A stretch of DNA of 64,000 nucleotides, from positions 288,001-352,000 of the forward strand of contig CAVPCT010000009.1 of assembly GCA_963702475.1 (NCBI GenBank), in the 5' to 3' direction. Positions 10,776 through 20,442 of the stretch are shown piece by piece (the first letter of the stretch is position 1; each line of letters opens with the position of its first letter). Below the pieces are notes generated by a model. It was not told where the DNA came from, did not search any database, and saw only the letters and a program-made list of their open reading frames with translations. The position numbers and the translations under genes are program-made. This DNA is from an uncultured Thermoleophilia bacterium. GTDB taxonomy: Bacteria; Actinomycetota; Thermoleophilia; UBA2241.

Positions 10776-12926
10776 TCACCTTGAGAGCGGGACGTCGAGT
10801 GTGACCACCGTTCCGCGCTCGCGCGCGGACTCGAGCGAGAGCCGCGCGCCGATGACGGTGGCTTGCTCCTCCATCATGGCACACCCGAAGTGCGCCGCAT
10901 TGCGCATGGACGTGACGTCGAACCCCACGCCGTCGTCCCGCACGCTCAGCCGCGCGGAACGGCCTGCATCGCTCTGCACTTCCTCCAGCCTGATCCAGAT
11001 GTGGCTCGCTTCAGCGTGCCGGCTGGCGTTCAGGGTCGCCTCCCGGGCGACCTTGTAGACGGCCGTCGCCGTCTCGCGGTTGAGCGCGGGTATCTCCTTG
11101 ACGGCGGTGTGGACGAGCGTGGACCCGTAGGCGTTGCCCAGGCGCTGGCCGAGCGCGGCGAGCGACGCCTCGAGCCCCAGCTCGTCCAGGACCGGCGGGC
11201 GCAGCTCCCAGACGATCCGGCGGGCGTCGTCCACGGTCTGCTGAAGCACCCCCACGGCCTCATCGAGGATCTCGGCGGAGGCATCCGGGTGTCGCCGCAG
11301 GAACGACTCGAGAAGATACCGCGCCCCCACGACGGACTGGATGATGTCGTCGTGCACCACACTGGCGAACGTCTGGCGCTCGTCCTGGCGTATCTCCACG
11401 ATGCGGTGGGCCAGCGACTGGATCGACTCGCGGCTGTGCATCAGGTCGCGGTAGAGCCGCGCGTTGTGGATGGCGATGGCCGCCTGTTCGGCGACTTCGC
11501 CGGCCCGCGCCATGTCCTGTTCCGAGTACCGCGTGCGGCGGCCGACCGAATACAGGACAAGCGATCCGATGAGCTCGCCCTGTGACAGCACGGGCACGAT
11601 GAGCGCCGAGCGCAGGTTGAGCAGGCGCCGCGCCTCGGAGTCCACACCGGCGCCGGCGATGAGGTCGTCCACGAGGATGCTGCGGCGGTCCTGCAACATC
11701 GCCGCCAGGCTCTGCCCGGTGCGGAACCGCACGCGCAGGCCTATGAGGCTGGCTGCGTCGGCATCCGACGCAGCCACCGTGACGAGGTCGCCTGTCTCGT
11801 TGTTGAGCTCGAGCAGGAGACAGCTCGAGCCGCTCACCGTGGCCACGGCGCTCATGGCGATCTCCTGGTAGGTCTCATTGAGGTCCAGACTCTGGGAGAT
11901 CGTGTGCAGGACGGCCTGGGACGAGTGCAGGATGACCTGGTCCCGCTGGCTGCGTTCCACGAGGATGTGGCTGTGGACCAGGGGGCCGATGGCCTCGCAC
12001 GCCGTAGCCAGGGTGCGGGCGCTCTCCAGCGCGAGCTCGCGCTCGTGTGACGTGCTCACCACCACCCACGCCGACACGGCGTGCCCGGCGAGAGCCGGTG
12101 CGAGCGCGGCGAAGCGAAACCCGCGACTCATGACCGCCTTGAGGCTCCGCTGTAAGGCGTCGTGAGGCTGGAGGACGGTGAGCTGCGGCTGCTGGGCCAG
12201 ACGGACCATGGCCGGGTCGGTGAGGTCGAGATCCTCGTAGGGGTAGCCCCGCTGGCGCGTGGACCCGTGGATCGCCATCAGCCGTGCCGCCCGGCTGTCA
12301 CCGCACACGAACACGGCGCCTGCGTCCATCCCCAGCGCGTCCAGAAGGTGGGGCAGGGTGGTCGAGAGGCCCTGCCTCAGGTCCCGGTCCTGGTTGAGCG
12401 CTGAGAGGATGGTCTGGCCGATGCCCGCCTGCCGCTGCAGCCGCAGCGCGGTCTCGAACACGTGGTTCGGCGTTCGTCCCGACTCGGCCTGCAGCGACAG
12501 AAGCAGGCTGCTCTTCGCGCCGCGGACGCCGGGCCGGTAGTCGAGAGCACACAACCACACACGCGCGCCGACGCGCGCGAAGAACTCGCCGGCGAGGTGG
12601 CGGCGCTCCGCGAAGGCCGCGTCCACCGACACGGCGGTGCTCGGGTCCCAGCGGCCGAGGAAGTCGTGCAGCGGCTCTCCGGCGCGCGCCTGCCACAACC
12701 GTCGGACGCGTCTGTCGGGGCACTCCGCCCTGGTGATCTCGCCGCGCTCGTCCACGTCGAGTGCGAGAAAGCAGCCTGCCCCCTGTTGGGGGGGCGCTAC
12801 GGCCGTCTCAGGCTCCGTGCCGGCGCGAGTCTCCCCCGGCGCGTCGACCGGGGGAACGTCGTTCTCTTCACTGCGTCTCAGAGACCGAAGAAGCGGCACG
12901 CCACGGCTTCCGATGCGAGCCCTCAT
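10776..12926 (-). CDS. Soluble GAF-domain sensor histidine kinase (HisKA_3)
   Basis: Two GAF-like regions, ERQTFASVVHDDIIQ H-box, EATLNASRH N-box, VRDDGVGF G1 box; no TM helix; start uncertain. Confidence 0.85.
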   Translation of the reverse strand: MRARIGSRGVPLLRSLRRSEENDVPPVDAPGETRAGTEPETAVAPPQQGAGCFLALDVDERGEITRAECPDRRVRRLWQARAGEPLHDFLGRWDPSTAVSVDAAFAERRHLAGEFFARVGARVWLCALDYRPGVRGAKSSLLLSLQAESGRTPNHVFETALRLQRQAGIGQTILSALNQDRDLRQGLSTTLPHLLDALGMDAGAVFVCGDSRAARLMAIHGSTRQRGYPYEDLDLTDPAMVRLAQQPQLTVLQPHDALQRSLKAVMSRGFRFAALAPALAGHAVSAWVVVSTSHERELALESARTLATACEAIGPLVHSHILVERSQRDQVILHSSQAVLHTISQSLDLNETYQEIAMSAVATVSGSSCLLLELNNETGDLVTVAASDADAASLIGLRVRFRTGQSLAAMLQDRRSILVDDLIAGAGVDSEARRLLNLRSALIVPVLSQGELIGSLVLYSVGRRTRYSEQDMARAGEVAEQAAIAIHNARLYRDLMHSRESIQSLAHRIVEIRQDERQTFASVVHDDIIQSVVGARYLLESFLRRHPDASAEILDEAVGVLQQTVDDARRIVWELRPPVLDELGLEASLAALGQRLGNAYGSTLVHTAVKEIPALNRETATAVYKVAREATLNASRHAEASHIWIRLEEVQSDAGRSARLSVRDDGVGFDVTSMRNAAHFGCAMMEEQATVIGARLSLESARERGTVVTLDVPLSR

Positions 12927-13362
12927 CGTTCTGGAGCGACGCCGCGGCGCTCACGCCACAGCATGGCGCGGCTCCGGCCCGGAGGGCTGTTGCTGGGGCG
13001 CAGTCCATTGTCAGTCATGGCCACGACGGATGCAACGGTTGGCCCAGATGGCGCAGCCCTACCCCCAGGCGGGTATTGCCAGCGACCCGCGCAGGTATTG
13101 TAAGCTGGCCCGCGCGGGTGGTGACGGCCGTTTCGTGGCTGCAGTAGTCTCGGACCCCAAGCCGGGATGCAGCCGGCGGTCACCGTCCACGGTCTGTCCG
13201 TCCGATGGGCGCTTGACGGTGAATCGCATCTCGCCGGTGCAGGGCTGGGAAAGCGTTCCGCCATGAACTCGCCTCAAGCGGTCACAGAGGGGGTGATGCT
13301 CTCCACTCGAGTCCTTGGGTTCTTACCTACGTCGTCAGCAAGAGTCCGGAAGGAGGAGCCAC

Positions 13363-14769
13363 ATGGCTGGACCTGGGACGAAAGCCCAGCGAGCGCGCAT
13401 GACGGTCTTCGAAGCGTACGAGAGGGCCCGTAAGGGTCCCAAGTTCGATGAGGCGGTCTGGAACTTCGAGCTCATCCCACAGACCGCCAAGCGGTTGAAG
13501 GAGAAGTACGAGATCGTGATGGACAAGTCCGTCATGGTCCCAACCGATCCCGAGCTCATGACGAAGCTGTACAAGGCCGGCCTTGAGATGCTGGTCGAGT
13601 GCGGCGTGTACGTCATCGACACGAAGCGCATCATCAAGTACACCGAGGAAGAGATCCTCCTCGGCCTCGCGACGGCGCCCAAGACGTGCGTGATCGGCGA
13701 AGGCCTCCACGCGCGCCCCATGGAGTACCGCACCCACAAGGACTCGCGCCCGCCGCTGGTCCAGGGCGGTCCGACCGGCGCTCCCTGCAGTGAGCAATAC
13801 TTCTTCCCGATCCACGAGTCGTACGTCAAGGAAGGCATCGTCGACTGCATCGTGGACGGCGTGCTCTCCACCGTGAACGGCTACAACCCCGCCCCCGACA
13901 CGCCCTGGGAGGTCCTCGCCGGCCGCCAGGAGATCATGATGGTGCGCATGGCGCAGGCCAAGTGCGGCCGCGCGGGCATGGGGTTGTAGGGTCCCGAGAC
14001 CACGCTGAACGCAGCCGCCACGATCTCTCAGGACTTCCCGGGCGGCATGCGTACCTCGGACAACCACGAGGTGTCGCAGCTGAATGAGCTGAAGACCGAC
14101 CTAGGAGCGTTGCTCTTCACCTCTCATTACAGTCTCGCTGCGAACAACATCATGGTTGAGCAGATGCCGATCTTCGGCGGGTTCGCCGGTGGTCTCGAGG
14201 AGACGACCATCGTCAACGTCGCCACGCATATCAACTCGTTCGTGACGTTCGGCGGCACCTGGCACCTCGACGGTCCTGTCCACATGCGGTGGGGCATCAC
14301 GACGACCAGGGAGGCCCTGGCTATCGCGGGTCACGCCATCATGGCGGTCAACTCCGTCTGGCCGATCCTGAGCGGCAACCAGTACTACACCATGGCCGGT
14401 CCCTGCACCGTCATGTGCCTCCTGGAGACGGCTGCACAGGCCATCACCGATACCGCCAGCGGTCGCGAGATCATGTCCGGCGTCGCCGCCGCCAAGGGCG
14501 TCATCACCGACAAGACCACCGGCATGGAAGCCCGCTTCATGGGCGAGTGTGCGCACGCTGTCGCCGGCATGCCGACCGAGCAGACCAACGAGGTCCTCGA
14601 CGCGTTGGTGAAGATGTACGAGGGCGACTACAAGACGGCCGACCAAGGCAAGTTCTTCTACGAGTGCTACGACGTGGAGAAGGTCGTGCCCACGGACGAG
14701 TACCTCGAGGTCTACGACAAGGCTTGCGAAGTGATGAAGGGCCTCGGCGTCAAGCATCCACTCTGGTGA
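13363..14769 (+). CDS. mtmB: Monomethylamine:corrinoid methyltransferase, in-frame TAG 13987-13989 = pyrrolysine (codon 209)
   Basis: ORFs 13315-13989 and 14047-14769 are in frame across TAG: GRAGMGL*GPETTL matches MtmB GMG(V)OGPET; ELKTD, GNQYYTMAGPCT, TGMEARFM; SD AGGAGG 13351-13356. Confidence 0.95.
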
Positions 14770-14817
14770 GACGCGCCCGGTCAGTGAACACGCCGAGTCA
14801 GAGGAGGCTCTAGGCAA

Positions 14818-15459
14818 ATGGGAGACGCTGAGTTCATCAATGAAGCGATCGACTCGCTCCTGAACTACGACAAGGACAGGGCCGTCGACGTCGCAAACAA
14901 GGCCATCGCCGCCGGCATGGCACCAGACAAGCTGATGGCCGAGGGATTCGTGATCGGCATCCGCCAGCTGGGCGACAAGTTCGACGAGGGCGAGGTCTAC
15001 CTGCCCGAGCTCATGCTCGCGGCGGCCGCCATGGAAGCTGCCATGGCGATCTGCAACGCCGCGCTGCCTGAGGGCAAGAGCGAGGTACGCGGCAAGGTCG
15101 TCATCGGCACCGTCGAGGGCGACGTGCACGATATCGGCAAGGCCATCGTCTGTGCGTACCTGCGCGCCAACGGCTACGAGGTCTGGGACCTGGGCCGCGA
15201 TGTGCCGGTCGAGGACTTCGTCGACAAGGCCGAGGAGGTCGGCGCCGACATCATCGGCGCCAGCGCCCTGCTCACGGCCACCATGCGCAAGCAGTCGGAG
15301 ATCGTGGCGGAGCTCAAGGACCGCGGTATCCGCGAGAAGTACAAGTTCGTCGTCGGCGGCGCGCCCTGTACGCAGGAGTACGCCGACTCCATCGGCGCCG
15401 ACGCCTACGCGGCCGACGCCAGCGACGGCCTCAAGAAGATCGAGGAGCTCGTCAAGTAA
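14818..15459 (+). CDS. mtmC: Monomethylamine corrinoid protein
   Basis: B12-binding GTVEGDVHDIGK, SALLT, VVGGAP; follows mtmB. Confidence 0.92.
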   Translation: MGDAEFINEAIDSLLNYDKDRAVDVANKAIAAGMAPDKLMAEGFVIGIRQLGDKFDEGEVYLPELMLAAAAMEAAMAICNAALPEGKSEVRGKVVIGTVEGDVHDIGKAIVCAYLRANGYEVWDLGRDVPVEDFVDKAEEVGADIIGASALLTATMRKQSEIVAELKDRGIREKYKFVVGGAPCTQEYADSIGADAYAADASDGLKKIEELVK

Positions 15460-15499
15460 GAGTTGAGCCGGCGGCAGGCCGGCAGACACACCTGCCTGG

Positions 15500-15532
15500 A
15501 GGGCGGCGCTCGCACCACGCGGGCGCCGCCCT
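15500..15532 (+). terminator. GC-rich hairpin after mtmC
   Basis: AGGGCGGCGCTCGC-ACCAC-GCGGGCGCCGCCCT. Confidence 0.55.
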
Positions 15533-15622
15533 TCGCCGTACAGCAGAGATTGTGCTGAGTGTCACGTTCACATAAGGCACCTTGGCGGCCCATCAGTCGC
15601 CTTCACTTGGGGAGGTAGCCGA

Positions 15623-15667
15623 ATGAAGAGCAGATCGCACCTGCACGACGACGGAGCGGCGCCATGA
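15623..15667 (+). CDS. Putative 14-aa leader peptide MKSRSHLHDDGAAP
   Basis: SD GGGGAGGT 15609-15616, ATG 6 nt later; stop overlaps the next start (ATGA 15664-15667). Confidence 0.35.
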   Translation: MKSRSHLHDDGAAP

Positions 15668-16023
15668 GCACCCCGGACGTCGACTCCATCGTCGAACAAG
15701 CACTCGAAGCGGAAGTGCACGGCGGCAAACACGACCCGCGCATCGACAAGCTCTTCCGCCAGGACGTCATCACCATCTACGTCTTCGTCATCGCCCTGTG
15801 GCTCGTGCTCTGGACGGTGTTCTTCCTCGTCGCCAACCCTGTGATCGACGACGACAAGCTGCGCTGGCTCCTCATCGGACTCGGCGTGTTCGCCTCGATC
15901 TTCAACAGCGTCGGCATGATCTCCAACACCCGCAGGCTCAAGCACGAGGCCGTGCGCTTCTACTCGCAGGACCTGTTCTGGCAGGACGAGAAGAAGCGGC
16001 GCAAGGCCGCAGGGCTGCTGTGA
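15664..16023 (+). CDS. Small 2-TM membrane protein (permease-associated)
   Basis: Two hydrophobic helices, good codon bias, first gene of the permease operon. Confidence 0.75.
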   Translation: MSTPDVDSIVEQALEAEVHGGKHDPRIDKLFRQDVITIYVFVIALWLVLWTVFFLVANPVIDDDKLRWLLIGLGVFASIFNSVGMISNTRRLKHEAVRFYSQDLFWQDEKKRRKAAGLL

Positions 16024-16053
16024 GCGGGCCGTGGTTCGGGAAGGAGGCACGGA

Positions 16054-16236
16054 ATGACTGACCTGGACAACCAGCCGCCGCAGGTCCAAGAGGAGGAGTG
16101 GGTGCCGTACAAGGGGTACGTGCCGCCCACGCAGAGCAAGGTGTGGCAGGTCATCGACGTACTGTTCGTGATCATCCTCTGCTACGTCTGCCTGCTCATC
16201 CCGATCCTGCTCACCGGCAAGATGATCGTGGGGTGA
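16054..16236 (+). CDS. Small single-TM protein (60 aa)
   Basis: SD AAGGAGG; YVPPTQS followed by a TM helix. Confidence 0.7.
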   Translation: MTDLDNQPPQVQEEEWVPYKGYVPPTQSKVWQVIDVLFVIILCYVCLLIPILLTGKMIVG

Positions 16237-16239
16237 CCG

Positions 16240-16578
16240 ATGAGCCTACGTTCACTCACCCGCACCGGACGCGGCCGCAGGTCGCGCCGCGCCGCGGTGC
16301 TCCTGACCTTCGTGGTGCTTGCGGCGGTGCTGTTTCTGAGCGTCGCCGGCGGCGCCCTGGCCGCAGACGACACCGCCGTGTTCACCGAGGGCAACCCGAA
16401 CGTGCAGACGGCGGAGGGCCTGGAGGCCCCCGAGCTCGACTACAACTTCGTGTGGTGGACCTTCATCCTCACCTTCGGTCTTCTGATCGTGTACTACCTC
16501 GTGATCCTCCGGATCTCCGAGACTGAGTTCAAGAAGATCGTCGATGCCCACTTCGGGCCCAAGCGCGAAGGGAGGTGA
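16240..16578 (+). CDS. Small membrane protein with signal-peptide-like N-terminus
   Basis: Basic N-terminus, hydrophobic stretch, ALA motif; C-terminal TM (LDYNFVWW...ISETEFKKIV). Confidence 0.7.
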   Translation: MSLRSLTRTGRGRRSRRAAVLLTFVVLAAVLFLSVAGGALAADDTAVFTEGNPNVQTAEGLEAPELDYNFVWWTFILTFGLLIVYYLVILRISETEFKKIVDAHFGPKREGR

Positions 16579-16585
16579 CGGGGAG

Positions 16586-16774
16586 ATGCAGGCAATCAAC
16601 TACGTCATCTGGGCGATCGCCATAGCCCTGCTCGTCTGGCTCGTCTACGACGCGTTCCGCATCGAGACGACCTACGACGCCGAGCTCCTCGTCAGCTCCG
16701 TCGAAGGCGAGATCGAGAAGGAGATCCTCGACCACGCGCACCCGAGCACGCCGCCGCAGGGGGGTGCTAGCTGA
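16586..16774 (+). CDS. Small single-TM protein (62 aa) coupled to the permease
   Basis: MQAINYVIWAIAIALLVWLVYDAF...LLVSSVEG; TGATG overlap with the permease start. Confidence 0.75.
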   Translation: MQAINYVIWAIAIALLVWLVYDAFRIETTYDAELLVSSVEGEIEKEILDHAHPSTPPQGGAS

Positions 16775-18195
16775 TGGCCGCCCACGAAGTCGCAGCCGTC
16801 GGCGGCGCCGACATCACGCAACCGAAGCGCCTGAGCCTGCTCCGCGTCCTCGGCCCCATGCACGTGTGGGCTCTGGGCGTCGGCATCGTGCTCGTGGGCG
16901 AGTTCATGGGCTGGAACTTCACCGTGGCCAAGGGCGGCGTGTTCGGCGGCCTCGTGGCCTGCTGGTTCTCGGGCATCCTGTACTCCTGCGTCGCCATGAT
17001 CGACTCCGAGGTGAGCTCGACGGTGGCGTCGGCAGGCGGGCAGTACGCCCAGGCCAAGCACATCCTCGGCCCGCTCGCCGCGTTCAACATCGCCCTGTTC
17101 ATCATCTTCGAGTACTGCATGCTGTCGGCCGGCGACGCCCTCGTCATCGGGGCCCTGGTCAACAGCCTCGATCCCGCCCTCAGCCCCACGCCGGTCGTCG
17201 TGCTCACCATCGCCTTCCTGGCGTGGCTGAACTACCGCGGGGTGCACACCACGCTGACGTTCAACTTCATCATCACCGCCATCGCGTTCGTCACGATCCT
17301 GATCCTGATCGCGGGGGCGGAGTTCTGGAACCCGGGCCACATCACCCAGACCGAGGCTCTCTTCGCGCAGCCGCCCGGTGGCCTCGACCCGAAGTTGCCG
17401 TACGGCTGGCTCGGCATCCTGGCGGCGCTTCAGTTCGGCATCTGGTACTACCTCGGCATCGAAGGTACGTGCCAGACGGCCGAGGAGTGCCGCTCCGCGC
17501 CGCGCGCGCTGCCGGTGGGGACCATGTCGGGTCTGATCACCCTGCTGCTGGCAGCCACGCTCACCTGGTACATCTGCACCGCACTGGTGAACTGGATCTC
17601 CCTGGGCGAGTCGGTGTACCCGCTCTACGACGCCGCCGTGAACACCGGCAAGGGCTGGCTGATGGTGATCCTCTGGATAGGGTCGCTGCTCAGCTGTCTG
17701 GCGTCGTCCAACGGGTGCATCAACGACGCCTCGCGGGCCTGGTTCGCCATGGGGCGCGACCAGTTCATCCCCCGCTGGTTCGGCGGCGTCCACCCGAAGT
17801 ACAAGACGCCCTACCGCGCCATCCTGTTCCTGGTGCCGATCATGATCGCCTTCGGCTACACCGGGCTGCTCGACCAGGTCATCACCTTCTCGATCATCTC
17901 CGGCTGCCTGATCTACTTCATCATGCCGCTGAACATGATCAGGTTCCGCCGGCTCTACCCCATGGACTCGATCAAACGAGGGTACGTGTCTCCGTTCCAC
18001 CCGCTACCTTCGTACGTGTTGTTCGCGTTCGTGCTGCTGACGTTCATCGCCATGTACTTCGGCTACTGGCGCAACCTCGTCGCAGCTTTGGTCTTCTACG
18101 GCCTGTGCTCGCTCTGGTTCGTGCTGCACAGGTACAAGTTCGTGGACCGCACCAAGCTCTACACGATGCCGTGGCCGCGGCCCAAGGGCTACTGA
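16774..18195 (+). CDS. APC family amine permease (MtmP/ethanolamine permease-like)
   Basis: HVWALGVGIVLVGEFMGWN, AGGQY, WYYLGIEG...AEEC, SRAWFAMGRD, HPKYKTPYRAI. Confidence 0.85.
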   Translation: MAAHEVAAVGGADITQPKRLSLLRVLGPMHVWALGVGIVLVGEFMGWNFTVAKGGVFGGLVACWFSGILYSCVAMIDSEVSSTVASAGGQYAQAKHILGPLAAFNIALFIIFEYCMLSAGDALVIGALVNSLDPALSPTPVVVLTIAFLAWLNYRGVHTTLTFNFIITAIAFVTILILIAGAEFWNPGHITQTEALFAQPPGGLDPKLPYGWLGILAALQFGIWYYLGIEGTCQTAEECRSAPRALPVGTMSGLITLLLAATLTWYICTALVNWISLGESVYPLYDAAVNTGKGWLMVILWIGSLLSCLASSNGCINDASRAWFAMGRDQFIPRWFGGVHPKYKTPYRAILFLVPIMIAFGYTGLLDQVITFSIISGCLIYFIMPLNMIRFRRLYPMDSIKRGYVSPFHPLPSYVLFAFVLLTFIAMYFGYWRNLVAALVFYGLCSLWFVLHRYKFVDRTKLYTMPWPRPKGY

Positions 18196-18208
18196 GCGAG
18201 GGGAGGAC

Positions 18209-18655
18209 ATGATGTTCGAGACTCTGCTGGTAGCTACCGACGGGTCCATAGCCGCGGAGAAGGCCGTGACCTGGGCCGTCGACTTCGCCAAACGGCACGA
18301 CTCGAAGCTCGTCGTGCTCAACGTCACACCTGACAAGCGTGTGCGGCTCCAGGACCAGGAGCCCAACGCCCCGCCCGCCGGCGACGTGTCGCCGGCGGAC
18401 GCCGGGGATCTCGTCTCGGACGAGGCCCTGGCCCGGGCCGAGAGGCTGGCCAAGGAAGCGGGCGTGACCTACGTGCTCGAGGAGGTCTACGGCCGCAATA
18501 TCGCCGCCACCATCGCCAAGGAGGCGCTCAACGTCGGCGCCGACCACATCATCATCGGCTCCACCGGGGTGACCGCGCTGGCCACCTGCGTCCTCGGCTC
18601 GGTCGCGCAGAACGTGGTGCACTACGCGCACTGTCCCGTGACGGTGGTCAGGTAA
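18209..18655 (+). CDS. Universal stress protein
   Basis: LLVATDGS, IIIGSTG...LGSVAQNVVHYAHCPVTVVR. Confidence 0.92.
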   Translation: MMFETLLVATDGSIAAEKAVTWAVDFAKRHDSKLVVLNVTPDKRVRLQDQEPNAPPAGDVSPADAGDLVSDEALARAERLAKEAGVTYVLEEVYGRNIAATIAKEALNVGADHIIIGSTGVTALATCVLGSVAQNVVHYAHCPVTVVR

Positions 18656-18701
18656 TGCGACGCCGAGGCCGCAGCCACGGCGCGGGGGAGGTGAGGACCA
18701 C

Positions 18702-19370
18702 ATGGACGTCACCCTCATCATCAAGATAGCCGTCATCGTGGCTGCGGCCCTCGGCCTCGGTTACCTGTACGTCACGTACGTCTATCGCGACCGCCACCGG
18801 ACGCAGCACATGCTCGACGGCTTCCTGCCAATCCTGGAAGGGCCGACGGTAGGGAGAAGTTCCTGGGGCTACGAGCGCCTCGAGGGCGTCCTGGATGGAG
18901 ACCGGGTCAAGATCGACCTGCTCCCGGACTCGCTCATCACGCGGACCCTTCCCACGCTCTGGCTCGAGGTGTGCCTGTGCCGTCCTTTCGACGCGTTCCT
19001 GTGTGTGATCACATTGTGCAACGGCATGGAGTACTTCGCCGACGAGGTCGACGAGGGCACGCTCCTCAACACGCCGAGCACCTGGCCCGAAGGCGTGAGG
19101 GTGCGAGGCAAGAGCTTCGGCAGCGTGGGGCTCCTGCGGCGCGTCGCGGACGTCGACATCGGGGCCTACCCGCACCTCAAGCTGCTGGTCTTCAGCGAGA
19201 CCGGACTCAAGGTGGTCATGCGTGCCGCCCGCGGGGACGTCTCCCAATACAGGGTCATGCGGTCGGCAACCTTCGCTGAAGACTCAGTCAAACCCGAACT
19301 CGTCGACGAGACGGTCCGGCTCGTGCGCCACCTCGAGCGCGTGCTGGTACGTGGAGAGGAGATAGCGTGA
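18702..19370 (+). CDS. Hypothetical protein with N-terminal TM anchor
   Basis: SD GAGGA, TM helix, PDSLITRTLPTLWL motif, good codon bias. Confidence 0.7.
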   Translation: MDVTLIIKIAVIVAAALGLGYLYVTYVYRDRHRTQHMLDGFLPILEGPTVGRSSWGYERLEGVLDGDRVKIDLLPDSLITRTLPTLWLEVCLCRPFDAFLCVITLCNGMEYFADEVDEGTLLNTPSTWPEGVRVRGKSFGSVGLLRRVADVDIGAYPHLKLLVFSETGLKVVMRAARGDVSQYRVMRSATFAEDSVKPELVDETVRLVRHLERVLVRGEEIA

Positions 19371-19831
19371 GCAAGGTGCGCCGGGCCCGGCGGCCCCAGA
19401 AGCCGGCCCCCAAAGGCGAACTCAAGAAGCCGCGTCCGGTGTGGTTCGTCACGCTGCTGGCGTTCGTCCTGCCCGGGAGCGGCCAGTGGCTGAACGGCGC
19501 CCCCATCAGAGGCATGGTCATGCAGTTCAGCATGGTGCTGGGCGCGTACCTCACGTACCAGCTCACCACGCCCGAGATCTCGCCGGTCGGCCGCCTTGCC
19601 GGAGGCCTGCTGGTATGGGTCTTCTCGATCGTGGACGCCCATGGGATCGCCACCCGCAGGGTGAAGGCGTGGGCGCGCATAGAGGCGTCGCAGGCCGCCT
19701 CGCCGAACCCACCGCAGGCGAAGAAGGCCGGCGGCGCGAGCGACGGCAAGCCGTCCGGAGGCGCCCCGCGACGCATGCAGCCGAAAGGCGCCTCCCGGCG
19801 GCCGGCGACCTCGGGGAGTCACGACACCTGA
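19367..19831 (+). CDS. Hypothetical membrane protein
   Basis: GTGA overlap with upstream gene; LPGSGQWLNG..RG motif and about 3 TM helices. Confidence 0.7.
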   Translation: MSKVRRARRPQKPAPKGELKKPRPVWFVTLLAFVLPGSGQWLNGAPIRGMVMQFSMVLGAYLTYQLTTPEISPVGRLAGGLLVWVFSIVDAHGIATRRVKAWARIEASQAASPNPPQAKKAGGASDGKPSGGAPRRMQPKGASRRPATSGSHDT

Positions 19832-20003
19832 GCGGTGCCGAAGGCCCGCAGGTGCAGAGCGGCCCGGGCGACGCCCGGGCCGCTCTGCGTACGCGGCCCT
19901 CACACCGCGCGCCACGTGGGACCAGGTGTGGGAGGCGCCCACCTGCGGAAGAACCGACCCACCGGCGGCAGCGGCCGCCGGCCGCAACTGACCGGGGGTG
20001 CCC

Positions 20004-20213
20004 ATGAGCATCACGCTCTACACGCGACCCGACTGTCGCTACTGTGACGCGGCGCGCCGCTACTTGGACGAGCGCGGCGATGCCTATGAAGAGCGGGACA
20101 TCAGCGCCGACGTCGAGGCCGAACGGGAGGTCATCGCCATCACCGGCGGACCCCTGAGCGTGCCGATCACGGTCGAGGACGGCGACGTCAGGGTCGGCTT
20201 TCCGTATCAATGA
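20004..20213 (+). CDS. Glutaredoxin-like protein (CRYC)
   Basis: YTRPDCRYC, SVP cis-Pro motif, VGF C-terminus. Confidence 0.82.
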   Translation: MSITLYTRPDCRYCDAARRYLDERGDAYEERDISADVEAEREVIAITGGPLSVPITVEDGDVRVGFPYQ

Positions 20214-20413
20214 GGAGGGGCGCGAGGGCGTACGCGCTGGATCTTCCAGCACGACCCCGAGCGCCGGCGCGCGTGACGCGCCTGGACCCGCCACACCTGA
20301 GCTGACCGGGCGAGCCCTGCTCCATTATGGAGCACGTTCTTGATTGACTTGTCCAATCTGGTATTCTGTGCCCGGATTGCAGTCTTTTCGCATGCCCCAG
20401 AGCCCCGAAAGCC

Positions 20414-20442
20414 TTGACGGACACTCCGAGGCTACATACATT
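20414..20442 (+). promoter_or_regulatory. Putative sigma-A promoter of mtbBC
   Basis: TTGACG-17bp-TACATT. Confidence 0.55.

Noticed and set aside
12454-12470. LexA-like TCGAAC-ACGTG-GTTCGG
   Set aside because: 5-bp spacer and inside a coding region
13881-13989. CTACAACCCC (13881-13890) is a perfect complement of GGGGTTGTAG at the mtmB amber codon
   Set aside because: No equivalent seen in mtbB or mttB, and a translating ribosome would melt it; likely chance
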